Below, piece by piece: positions 15,317 through 26,781 of a DNA stretch of 64,000 bases. Each line of letters begins with the position of its first letter. Positions within the stretch are counted from its first letter, which is position 1. Below the pieces are notes generated by a model. The model did not search any database and was not told the origin of the DNA. It saw only the letters and a program-made list of their open reading frames with translations. The stretch is from Eledone cirrhosa (taxonomy: Eukaryota). The stretch is from positions 17,980,001 to 18,044,000 of the forward strand of contig OZ024745.1 in the NCBI GenBank assembly GCA_964016885.1, written 5' to 3'. Both the position numbers and the translations under genes were made by a program.

Positions 15317-16704
15317 GCGTATGATATGTTTGTTTTTATGCTTACCTGCATATCTGAATGTGCTCATATGCGTATGCATATATATACGCAAATACTGTGG
15401 AGATAATTCCCTTAAATTTCGAGTAAATATATATGGATCAAACCAAATTCATATACGATCTCGAACAAATATAATCCATAACGTTATATTCGTTAATATT
15501 TACCATCCACCAAACACTGTGAACTAGCTAAATCACACTCAACATCCTAAACTATGCTGCATTCTTCTCGGCATAAAAACCAGCGGCCATTACCAAATAG
15601 TGGTATGGGGATCAGGCTGCAGCTATTTTATTACGCAGTTTCTATGTATGCGTTGTACTCTCCATTACTCTCTCAATTTACTTATCTCTTATCCACTTTC
15701 CGAAACTCAGTCACTCTTTCTATATGCCAAATCAAATACTATTTCACACTATACTGATAATTCTGGAAACAAATTCCCATTTTGAACTCTAATTTATTTT
15801 GATATAAATCTAAACTTATACACTCCCATTCGTTCTAAGATAAAAAAAAAAAAACGTGTGCAAACTATTTGTATTATAATAGTGCAGACCAGTTTCGCGT
15901 GCAACATTAAATCACAACATTAAATGCGAAGGGCATCTTCTCATCGAAAAAGTCTTATATGGTAGCATATCAAAGATACAGAGAATCTCCATATATATAT
16001 ATATATATATATGTTAAATTAACAGATTAAAGTTTAAGCAAAGGATCGCTGCTTTCACCCTTAACGGGGTCTTTCAAGCTCTCTTTGGATTTTAGTCTTC
16101 AAATTTATTACTATATATATATATATATATATATATTGTGTTAGTTTTATAACATCTAGTCGAGAGCTTATCATGATGATTAGCGGAAATTAAAATATTT
16201 CCATTTGCTAGCATTTGAATTGACCCGCCAAAAACCAGGGTTTATTTCCCTTGCCGGAATTAACACGTGATAACTATAGATTCGATTAACAGCCATACGA
16301 GCGGCAACATATTTTATCACTCCTGATTCTAAGCAGAACGAAAACCTGTTGATAAACTGAGTCCTCTGTTCAGTCACCAATACTACGACCTTGCCATTCA
16401 AGTAAGTCTGATATTTGATTTTGGAGTCAGAGAAACACTTCAAATGCCCGTTTGATTTGTCCAGGTGTATTTTTCTCAACCTGATTAGTTTTATCGTTCC
16501 TTTGATATATATTGTGTGTTAGTTTAGCCTACCACAATGTTCGATTTGTCAAGCTATTTAAACGTATGTTATAACTCTGAGACCTATCTTATCGAGTGCT
16601 TGGCTAACTCATCACTTCATATAAGTAGGCCGAATTTACTTGCAAACCGCCAGAGATTCGATTTTACTGATTTCCAATTATATATATATATATATATATA
16701 TATT

Positions 16705-17077
16705 GATATAGATAGGTAAATATACACGGGTGTGTATGATTGTGTATAGAAGATTATATTAATAAGAGGAATTCCAACTTTGTCTGATTTACTCGTTTTA
16801 TTTACAATCCTTTAAAATATATATAATGGTATTATAATGAAATAGTATGATAGAATATTAAATTCTAAGTGTTAATTGAACAAGTACTTTCATGCTTTCG
16901 CAATCTTCAGGTTCATGATATGTGGTGACAGTCGAGTTTGCAATTTTCAACTGTAATGAGATGGGTAAATTTCCTACCTTTTATACATTTTATACAGAGA
17001 AAAGTGGCTCCAGAATGCAAAGCCCTGTAAACTGTATTTCGACCAATCAGTGTGTAGTTTCACTGAATTACTACAGC
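16705..17077 (-). repeat. 3' pLTR of the Neptune element
   Basis: Near-identical to 20920-21292 (offset 4215). Confidence 0.95.
16877..16915 (-). ncRNA. Minimal type I hammerhead ribozyme, intact core
   Basis: tgaac-CTGAAGA-t-tgc(gaaa)gca-t-GAAA-gtac-TT-gttca; palindromic loop III. Confidence 0.85.
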
Positions 17078-17292
17078 TGATTGGTTTAAGCGTCACGGCT
17101 GGTTGAGCATGCTAACGACCAATAGTCATATCCAACGTATCAATTGTTTTGCTTTTTGAAATGATGAGAATAGCATTTTCTATTAATCATCACCATCAAC
17201 ATCACTTTTATTATTATTATTATTGTTGTTGTTGTTGTTGTTGTTAGTGGTCGTGGTCATAGTGGTAGTAGAAGTAATACCCCTAGGCGTTA

Positions 17293-19630
17293 TTATTGTT
17301 CATTTAGCTTGGGTTTGAATTTATCAATAAAATTCTTTTCTTTGATTTTTCTCTTGATTTCACTTGGGCTGTGTAATTTGTAGAATGGGAATATTATAAA
17401 TATTCCCTGACCACATGTTGCCAGGTGGCCGCTTAGGGGTATCTGACGGACATTTGGGTCTCTGATTTGTTGACGGTGTACCCGTGCACGTTCCGATAGT
17501 GCATTTCCAGTTTGACCAACATATAGTTCTTCACAATTCGGGCATTTAATGCAGTAAATTAGATTTCTGCTTTTGCAGTTCATATTTGCATTTGGGAATA
17601 TTTTTCCAGTTTTGTTTTCATATATTGACAGGCGTGTATGGATTGACATGTGCCGCATCGATTATCATTGCATTTAGATACAGTGAATGATTGGTCTTTG
17701 TTGTTAAGGTCAAACTTTGCTTTTGTTAGCAATTGCTTCAAATTTTTTGGCTGTCTTTTACTAAGAGTCAAAGATCGATCTGTGATTAAGCCTTTTAATT
17801 CATTACTTTGAGCAATGATCGGTAGGTTTGCTTTGGCAGTGTTGAAGATATTCTGGTGACATGGGTTGTGTGTCATTATAAATGGTATGACCAGTTCTTG
17901 GTTTCTTCTTCCTTGGGTTGTTCTAAGTTGTTGTATAGGTATTTTTATAGCCCGCTGTATGCCATTTTCTATAAGTAGAGATGGGTATTTTTGTTTGAGC
18001 AAAAATTCTCTTAGTTCTGTTAGGCGTTTGTACCTGGTATTCGTATCTTCTACAATGGTACAAATTCTTCTGGCTAGGCAGTATGGGATGTTGCGTTTTG
18101 TATGATGGCACGGTGGATGGCACGGTGGATGGCACGACTTAAAATTCAGATATTGATGGGTGTCTGTGTGTTTATAATATATATCCGTGGGAATGGTGGT
18201 GTCGTTTTTGATTATCATTATATCTAGGAATGGTAATTTGGTCCTACTCATCTCTTTTGTGAATTGGAGAGATGGGTGTAGGTTATTCAGGATGATATTG
18301 AACTCATCCAGAGTATCTAGAGATTCTGTCCAGATGATGAAACAGTCGTCAAGGTATCTCTTCTAAAATGTTTCAATGTACTTTCTAAAGCCAGTGCAAT
18401 ATTTTTCCTCTATTTCTTGGTAGAGTTGTTGTTCTAAGTATCCCATTACAGAGTTTGCGTAAACGGGAGCAAACTTCGTTCCCATCGCTGTGCCTCTAAT
18501 TTGGATGTAATTCTTTCCATTGAAGAAGAAAGTGTTGTTTTCCAGAATAAGTTTAACTGCGTCTAATATAAATGGCGCTGTGAATCTAATGGGAATCACT
18601 TCTCTATGTTTTTCCACCCAGTATTAACCGCCTTTATTCCTAAATCATGTGTAATGTTGGTGTAAAGGCTTACCACATCAAAACTGAGTAGAAGTGAATT
18701 CGTTTCCGTGGTTTTGGGAAGATGGGACAGGAAGTCGATATCATCCCGGATAAAACTGGGTCTGTGAATACATAGTGGTTTCAAAATAATGTCAACAAAA
18801 TTGCTTAGACGGTGAGTGGGGCATGTTGGACCAGCTATAATAGGTCTAAGTTTTAAGTCTTTTGGGTGTAATAATTTAATGTACTCACTGTTTTGTTCTC
18901 TTACTGCCAGTTGTATTTCTTTTGACTTGTGAACTTTCGGTAGGCCATACAGGTTGCTGGGTTTCGGCTCAAAATTGGTGATGTAGTCTCTTTCCTTATC
19001 AGTAAATGAGTTGTGGTATTTTGAAGCCAGGTTGTTGATCTTCTTCATGATGTTGTGGTCTATATTTGACGGTATTTCATGATAGAATGTTGTGTCTTTC
19101 AGTTGTTCCTCAACCAAATCCTTGTAGTATTCAGTATCCATTATAACAACTGCACCCCCTTTATCTGCTTGTTTAATTATTATTGTTTTATCATTTTGTA
19201 TACGTTTAAGTGCAGACATTTCTGATTTGTTAATGTTTGGCCTAACATTAGTATTATGTCTAAGAGGAAATTTAGACAGGATGTCAATGTATTGGTCGAG
19301 ATAGATATTTCTTCCTTTTGGCGGAGTGAAATTTGATTTATTCTTTACTAGTGATTCATCACTCTCATTATTTTTATCAGCGAAGAATTCTACAAGACGT
19401 AATTTTCGACAGAATTCTTGGGTATCCTCCTTCAGTTCTTGGTGGTTGACTGTTGGAGTCGGTGTGAATTTCAGTCCTTTTGACAGAATTTGCATTTCAT
19501 CATTGTCAAGATCTCTTTTAGATAAATTAATTATTTTAGGATCTACGTGTACAGCTGTTTTGGGTATGTTTCCTCCTGGAGTTTTTCTTTTTCCGGTTTT
19601 TGTTGTCCTGACGTTAAAACATGAATTTTT
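17293..19630 (-). pseudogene. Neptune ORF2: RT + zinc-knuckle linker + GIY-YIG, broken by frameshifts and a stop
   Basis: [89 protein letters not shown]; spread over track ORFs 18596, 18363, 17580 and 17293. Confidence 0.92.
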
Positions 19631-19882
19631 CTCTGTTCAGGATTTATATTCCTGTTGGTGTTCGCTTGATGAACGTTTGGTCGTGATATTATATTTGGTT
19701 TCGTTATGTATTTTGTCCTATTTTTGGTATTCTGTATATTATTTTCCTTCCTGTTAGCATTATTTTTAACAACTGGGAAAATGACTAGGTTTGCTTTCAG
19801 GTTTAGATCGCTTTTTCGTCCAGTTTCTTGTGGGCAATCTCTGTTGAGATCTTGAGAGTGATCTGGTTATTCTACGTTTTGT

Positions 19883-20887
19883 TTACACATTCCTTGTTGG
19901 TAGTCTCTGTTGAGATCTTGAGAATGATCTCCTGGTTTTACTACTTCTCATGGTCTGGTCAAAGGAATACCTATCGTGTTTGTGCTTTTTGTTCATGTTG
20001 TGTGCGATAGGGTGTTTTTGTAGAAAAAGCGAAGAGTTATTACCGTAGTTCTTCTTTGATTCGAGGTAAGGTGAGTGTTTGTGTTGGCACGTGTTCTGGC
20101 GTATGTTGTGTTGATGAGATTGTCCACTTTTAATGCTTTTTCTCAGGGTTCCAGAGTCTTTACCGTAATTTGCAGCATATTCATCGAGAAATAATTGTTT
20201 CTGCTGCAATACCTTTCTTGATTTGTTTTCTTCTTTTGAGATATCTCCGATCCATAGTTCTCGTAGTTTTTCAGCTATAATACCAGTCGTTAGCTTTGAA
20301 ATTTCAACTTCAATTTGGTCATCAATAGCTTCATATTTGGCTTTGTAGCGGGATTGTTTACATTCAGAAATGGAGATGTCGGTCCTGAATGTTGTCAATG
20401 TAAGTTCCCATCGGAGTTTTGTTTCTTCTTCTGGTTCTCCTGCAATTTCTGTAATTAGGTATTTACGAGGGAGTATGGGTGCCGTTAGAGAGAGCCATTT
20501 CGAATGTATTTCGACATATTTTTCGCATCTGTATGCTTTCCAGAAATTTTGTTTTCTTATGTTATGGAATTTTTTCCATGTCTTCCACATTTCTTTTCTT
20601 ATTCGATGTGTTTTGTTTTCCAAATTTCTTTCGTTTATTTCTGACATCCAAGGGGGTTGTGGTAGGCTTTCTCTTGTATCTTTGATAACTGTTGGTATAA
20701 TTTCAGCTAAATTCTTAATTTCAGAGTTTATATGTTCAGTTATAAGTTTGCCGTCTGTAGATTGTTTTTCTATTTCCTTTAAAATAGAGGATTGTGTGTC
20801 CATCATCGTGATAAGTGTTGATAATTTCGATATCTCCTTTAGAAATCTTTCTGATTCTGTTGGTTTCATTTGTTGCTTTCCAGACAT
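19883..20887 (-). CDS. Neptune ORF1, helical/coiled-coil-like protein of unknown function (originally ran to ~19543; premature stop and frameshift)
   Basis: 334-codon ATG-initiated ORF between the 5' pLTR and ORF2; the in-frame repeat SRSQQRLPTRN recurs past the stop. Confidence 0.75.
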   Translation of the reverse strand: MSGKQQMKPTESERFLKEISKLSTLITMMDTQSSILKEIEKQSTDGKLITEHINSEIKNLAEIIPTVIKDTRESLPQPPWMSEINERNLENKTHRIRKEMWKTWKKFHNIRKQNFWKAYRCEKYVEIHSKWLSLTAPILPRKYLITEIAGEPEEETKLRWELTLTTFRTDISISECKQSRYKAKYEAIDDQIEVEISKLTTGIIAEKLRELWIGDISKEENKSRKVLQQKQLFLDEYAANYGKDSGTLRKSIKSGQSHQHNIRQNTCQHKHSPYLESKKNYGNNSSLFLQKHPIAHNMNKKHKHDRYSFDQTMRSSKTRRSFSRSQQRLPTRNV

Positions 20888-20919
20888 GTTGGCATATACA
20901 CAATAGGAATATATATATA

Positions 20920-21292
20920 GATATAGATAGGTAAATATACACGGGTGTGTATGATTGTGTATAGAAGATTATATTAATAAGAGGAATTCCAACTTTGTCT
21001 GATTTACTCGTTTTATTTACAATCCTTTAAAATATATATAATGGTATTATAATGAAATAGTATGATAGAATATTAAATTCTAAGTGTTAATTGAACAAGT
21101 ACTTTCATGCTTTCGCAATCTTCAGGTTCATGATATGTGGTGACAGTCGAGTTTGCAATTTTCAACTGTAATGAGATGGGTAAATTTCCTACCTTTTATA
21201 CATTTTATACAGAGAAAAGTGGCTCCAGAATGCAAAGCCCTGTAAACTGTATTTCGACCAATCAGTGTGTAGTTTCACTGAATTATTACAGC
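20920..21292 (-). repeat. 5' pLTR of the Neptune element
   Basis: Near-identical to 16705-17077; ends about 30 nt upstream of the ORF1 ATG. Confidence 0.95.
21092..21130 (-). ncRNA. Minimal type I hammerhead ribozyme (5' pLTR copy)
   Basis: Identical to 16877-16915. Confidence 0.85.
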
Positions 21293-21395
21293 ATATATAA
21301 TGGTGATGAGTTAGTTTTGCGAGGTTTTTGATATTCTGGCAATATTACACAAATATGACCCTCCCAAGTATAACAATATATAAAGTATAACATCT

Positions 21396-22162
21396 CGGAA
21401 GAAGGAGACATAAACACCACTTTCTACCGCAAAGCAGCGTGCAAGGACTTATTTGTGCATTATAACTCAGCCCTCCCCAACAACGCTAAGAGAGGCTATG
21501 TCCTAAATGAACTGACACGGATCACTAACAGATGCAGCGACCCGATGGGTGTTCTCACCCATACCACGCAATTCCGTAATCTACTCAGATCTAATGGTTA
21601 TCCCAAGCGACTGATTAACGGAATTAGAGACCCCAGACCCAGTAGACTGACACCCACTAGAAAACTTAATATTAGCAGGTGCTTCTTTAAAATCCCCCAC
21701 CTGAGTGAATATACCACGAACGCCATCCGCAGGGCCATACGGACGGAGGGACTTGACATACATTTGGCCCACACAGGACCTTCGCTGCGAAGATGCCTCT
21801 CCAACAAACCCTACGAGGCAGATGGGACGTGTTCCCTCAGCAACTGCCCGATACGGGGGGTAGATTGCCTACGCACCTATGTCGTATATAAGATTCAATG
21901 CGATAAATGTAACAAGTTTTACATAGGTAGCACCATCCGACCCCTACATGTTCGTATCAAGGAACATATCAACACCAACGCATCTTCCTTCCGTAAACAT
22001 ATCCTTAAATGCGGAAACCCACAGGGTAGACCCTTGGTCACAGTCCTAGCGACTGAACGCAGCATCGGATCCTTAAGGATAAAGGAAGCACTTGTTATTA
22101 AGAACCTCAGACCCCCACTTAACAACCGGGCTGAGAGAAATGAGCTGACATGGCTAACTTAA
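21396..22162 (+). pseudogene. PLE RT thumb + GIY-YIG fragment
   Basis: FYRK..HYNSALP..NGYP..CSLSNCPI..C..VVYKIQCDKCNKFYIGST.RPLHVRIKEH..EALVIK..PPLN. Confidence 0.88.
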
Positions 22163-22950
22163 CCATAATGACCATTCACAGCCTACGGCCTGCTATCTTC
22201 ACACACACGCACGTATATGCATACCCATACGCATGCACACACACTTCTATATTTTACACGCACACATGTTTTTACAACCTACCACCTTTCACACCCTTTG
22301 ATTTCCAGCTTCTACAGCCCACTATCTTTCACACACAAACGCACTCACACATATACACACACAGTTACACACACACATGTATACCCATACGCTTACACAC
22401 ACACACATCTATATTTATACACGCACACATATTTTACAACCTACCACCTTTCACACCATTTGATTTCCAACTTCTACAGCCCACTATCTTTCACACACAC
22501 ACACACTCACACATATACACACTTACACTTATACACACACAGTCACACACACATATATATTTACATACACATATCTTACGGCTTTCACACGCTAACGCAC
22601 CCTCTTGATTTAACCCATTTGGTCAGTAGCTTTTGCCACAGCTTATCACGCGCACGCGCATTCTCTCCCTCGTTTAAATTTTAAATATTTTTCTCCCCAT
22701 AACGGCATTCCTGTCTTAACGACATCACCACTTTCTCCGCTTGGCCTGTTTTCCCCCCTTTTGGAACTTTTCCCCCGTTGATGGGCGTGAGCCCGAAATA
22801 TTGGGATTAAATCTCTACTACGGTAACCCTTCTACCTTTGTTTTGTTTTCATCTTTGTCTCTCTCTCAACTTTCACTTTCACCTGTTTTTCCTATCTATA
22901 TTTCACTTCCTACCTCGAGATTTCCCTTTGCATTGTTGTGGCTTTCTTAA
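21396..22950 (+). mobile_element. 5'-truncated PLE (Nematis-like), thumb + GIY-YIG plus CA-rich 3' UTR
   Basis: Coding to 22162; ~165-bp tandem duplication in the UTR; degenerate hammerhead at 22771-22806; ends near (TA)n. Confidence 0.8.
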
Positions 22951-22955
22951 ATACG

Positions 22956-22996
<41 letters not shown>

Positions 22997-23102
22997 TAAA
23001 ATAACAGATTAAATATTTGCTCTACGGTTCTTATATATTTGTTATATATTTATCCTTATCGAGCCCTCTTTGGATTTTAGTCTTCAAATTTATTATTATT
23101 AC

Positions 23103-23141
<39 letters not shown>

Positions 23142-23146
<5 letters not shown>

Positions 23147-23815
23147 AAAATACTGCAGGTAGCACATGGATAACATGTAATAAAATGAGTCCCTCATCAG
23201 TGATTTGCCGACGATCATAGATATTTCATTGCATTAAAAATCATATACCTCACGTCGGTGCAATAATAACCAAAATAAGTTATTAGGACAATTAAAACGC
23301 GTAAAGCGAGTGAGACAGGAGAACAACAAAGAGTATGGCTAACCAGGGGAAAGAAACAAGCTTCAAAAATTATTCTGTTTAGCATAAGCTAGGTGAATAT
23401 ATGAGCGCTTTAGAACAGACCCGACACGAGCGATGGCTATGTGAGGAGAGAGAAAAATAGCCATCGTGGTGTACAGGATGAAATGAAGAGAAGAGAGAGA
23501 AACAGTGAGTGAGTGAAAGTGTGAGGAAGAGTTAACTGACATGACAGAGGGGGAGAAACAGAGAGAATGGGGGAACAGTAAGAGAGAGAGAAAAAAACAC
23601 AGAATCGCAGTGGTAAATATATGTAATAAAATATAGAGAAAAATACTGCAGGTAGCACATGGATAACATGTAATAAAATGAGTCCCTCATCAGTGATTTG
23701 CCGACGATCATAGATATTTCATTGCATTAAAAATCATATACCTCACGTCGGTGCAATAATAACCAAAATAAGTTATTAGGACAATTAAAACGCGTAAAGC
23801 GAGTGAGACAGGAGA
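23142..23815 (-). mobile_element. Non-coding partially tandem element (493-nt unit, identical 181-bp direct repeats), retrozyme-like
   Basis: 23142-23322 is identical to 23635-23815; homologous to 29205-29926 in both the repeat and the pyrimidine-rich interior. Confidence 0.75.
23194..23264 (-). ncRNA. 71-nt structured RNA motif with permuted hammerhead core words (second copy at 23687-23757)
   Basis: Ungapped alignment to 29255-29325 with compensatory changes in three helices. Confidence 0.65.
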
Positions 23816-24526
23816 TCAAGCTAGTGGTGGCTTGTTCTGTTCATGCGTCGGAACTGATTCCATTTTATTGAAGAGTTTGATATTCTGAATATCTACAGTT
23901 TATTGCTCATATTTTAAGTAAATAATCAATTAACATGCTAATAAACGGTATACGTACTACGTAGACACTCTATAGACGATACATCGATATATATATAACT
24001 TTTATCTGATTTTATCTGATGAGGACTTACTGAAAAAACAGTACCTCCGAAATATTTATAATAAAATATGAGTTGATTACGTTGAACGTCTATATTTATT
24101 AATATTTTGAATTAATATATATATATATATATATCAAATACTCCCACATATAAATAATCTCTCATAGCTTAATAAGTAAACCACCTGTAGCTATAAGACA
24201 TCTTCAGCGTTATCAAATAGCTTCATAGATACACGATACCTTTATATTCAGGCAACCATTACTCCATTTATTGCCATAATATTAAGTCAATAACTTAGTG
24301 ACTATCCATTGCTATCCTTCATGCTTGATAAATGTAACTCTGAGATAAATAGATCGATGTATCGTCTATAGAGTGTCTACGTAGTACGTATGCCGTTTAT
24401 TAGCATGTCAATTGATCATTTACTTAAAATATGAGCAATAAACTGTAGATATTCAGAATATCAAACTCTTCAATAAAATGGAATCAGTTCCGACGCATGA
24501 ACAGAACAAGCCACCACTAGCTTGAT
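23815..24526. repeat. Inverted duplication, arms 23815-23988 and 24353-24526
   Basis: 174-bp arms with about 4 mismatches; the spacer holds a hammerhead tail and (TA)n. Confidence 0.9.
24012..24061 (+). ncRNA. Minimal hammerhead motif in a short PLE tail (23990-24115)
   Basis: ttat-CTGATGA-gga..tactg(a6)cagta..tcc-GAAA-tat-TT-ataa. Confidence 0.65.
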
Positions 24527-25929
24527 TACTAGGTCTGGCAGAGATTGTCTAGCAAGTAAGAACGAATAAATAACCTTAATAGAAATACTGCAAAATGTAC
24601 GAAAGGTTAAAATATATCAGACTGCTTCTGCCCTTGTTTGCCAACATGGACTGTATACATACAGACATGATAGGTTTAGATGTATCATACAGAACAGCAG
24701 TTTTATTGGAAAAGAACACATTTCACAAAAGGTATGAACATATAACAAAGAACAATCACATTGGGATATGTTAATTCATACAGACATTAGGAGTGATACT
24801 AGGAATACAAAATATCGCATAATCGATGTATCTATTCCAATAGACGATATTATTTTTGAGTAAAGTGCCAAAAATGTGAAGATAATAAACACTTGATCAT
24901 AATAGATAAACAGAACATGGCGATAGTCAAAACCATCTCCATAAATAAATAGATTAAGCGATGTCAAAAATATATACCCAGCACATCATATCTTAGATAT
25001 ATAAACGACTCATTAATATTAGCATTACTGGACGTTGTATATGCATGTCATAGAGTATGTGGAATATAGAAGTAAGGAAAATGAGGCTGATTGCATTCAA
25101 AGCACAAGGATATCCGCTCGAATGCGCATCGGAAGTAAATAATATCAGCACAATTATTGTATTAATATTAATGATATCACGCATTTAATGTATATTTCCA
25201 GATGATTCCCTGATAACGTCTGATAGTATGGTCAGTAAAGATATCACTACGCAGGTTGGTATTAACAAGTTGTAATAAAGAGAAGAAAGCCGTGTAAAGC
25301 ATGAGGGAATTAAATTATATGGATATATTCACCATAAATTTAATAACAGTGGAGAATGTTTAACATCCATGAAGCTGTGTTGATATACATTATATACTAA
25401 AGACAGGGGTGATAGACGAATTTTCAATATCTCAAGCACCAGATTGTATGAGAATGAAGGGTAACTATATTATTCAACCATGGCAGAATAATATAGAAGA
25501 AAAGAAGGTTTAAAATAAATATAAGAAGATACACAGATTGAAAGAAAAATGAATCGTAATTGTGTTCTATTTGCTAGTGATTCGAACGATATGTTTTAAG
25601 TGGAAATATAAACGGATATTGGGAAACTATGATTCGGAATTAACGCAAAATAGAACAAACTAACTACCATATCATGTTTGACGCCAGCAAAAGAATATTA
25701 ATAGGATACTGTAGGGTTGTATAAGAAAACATATCTGATTGTAACCGGAAATTTGGAATCACATTAATAAGTAATAATATAACTCTCAGCTCTATCATGT
25801 TCTGAAACACAATACACCACCCGGTCCAAGAATCGAAACCACGACCTCATGATCGTGAGACGACACGCTAAACACTAGGATCTGTTTATTTCATATGTGT
25901 AGATTGGTGTTATATATTATTACACGGAA

Positions 25930-26114
25930 CGGTGGTTTGGCAGTATCGGTAGAGCGTCAGATACCATGCTTTTCAGTATAGAGTTATGGGCCTTTGTGTT
26001 CTGAGTTCAAATCCGCCAAGGTTACTTTGTCTTTCATCCTTACAGGGTCTATAAAATAAAATACCAGTGATGCACTGGGGTAATCGCTGGCCTTGTGCCA
26101 AAAGTAGAAAAACT
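25930..26114 (+). mobile_element. tRNA-derived SINE
   Basis: Same head, core and tail as 6912-7094. Confidence 0.8.
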
Positions 26115-26567
26115 ATATATTATTACACGAAACCATAATACAGTATGCCTCATGTTGATGATGTTTGGAGTAGATATAAGATAATAAAGACGAAAGCACA
26201 AAGCCAAAGATAATTAGAGCACATCATAATAACCTAGTAAAAGCAAATGAGATAATCTTTCAGTTTTCAGTTTGGGAGTATTTAAACTATGTAAATCAAG
26301 TTAACAACAGTGATACCAGATTACGTATGAGCAAAGAGAACCTCTTAAATATATATGTAATCTTGGTATATTCCCTTCATTGTACTCATGGGAAAATTCC
26401 AATAGCTTGCACTATACAAATGATTGAATCAGGTAGTAATTCCCAGCTTTAAGGGAAATATTAGTCTTGATAATTGTTCTGCCTCGGGCCATAGAAAAGT
26501 ATGTTGCTTGACATAGAATTTACTGCAGCTACGTAAATAGTTTTTATTTTAGTATATATCAAATTGG

Positions 26568-26781
26568 GGCGGTGGATTGGCAATATCGGTAGTGAGTCGG
26601 ACACCATGCTTTGCAGCATATAGTTACGGTCCTTTACTGTCTGAGTTCAAATGCCGCTAAAGTTGACTTTGCTTTTTACGGAGTCGATAAAATAAAGCAC
26701 CAGTAACATACTGAGGTCGATTTAATCGACTTACCCATCCCCCTCCAAATTACTGACCTTGTGGCTATACGAGAAATCATT
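26568..26781 (+). mobile_element. tRNA-derived SINE, longer subfamily
   Basis: Same core plus the extra gtcgatttaatcgac hairpin and C-rich segment before the tail. Confidence 0.8.

Larger units (their letters stand above)
16705..21292 (-). mobile_element. Full-length Neptune-clade PLE with direct pLTRs, decayed
   Basis: 373-bp direct repeats (16705-17077, 20920-21292), upstream ORF1, RT-EN ORF2 with frameshifts, and a hammerhead in each pLTR. Confidence 0.92.

Noticed and set aside
16705-21292. LTR retrotransposon
   Set aside because: No TG..CA ends, PBS, protease, RNase H or integrase; the repeats carry hammerheads and the enzyme is Neptune-type.
25200-25760. Possible coding region
   Set aside because: Only faint LINE-like traces with many stops; too decayed to classify.
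25817-25880. tRNA gene on the - strand
   Set aside because: A and B boxes are present but the stems are degenerate; more likely the head of an old tRNA-derived SINE.
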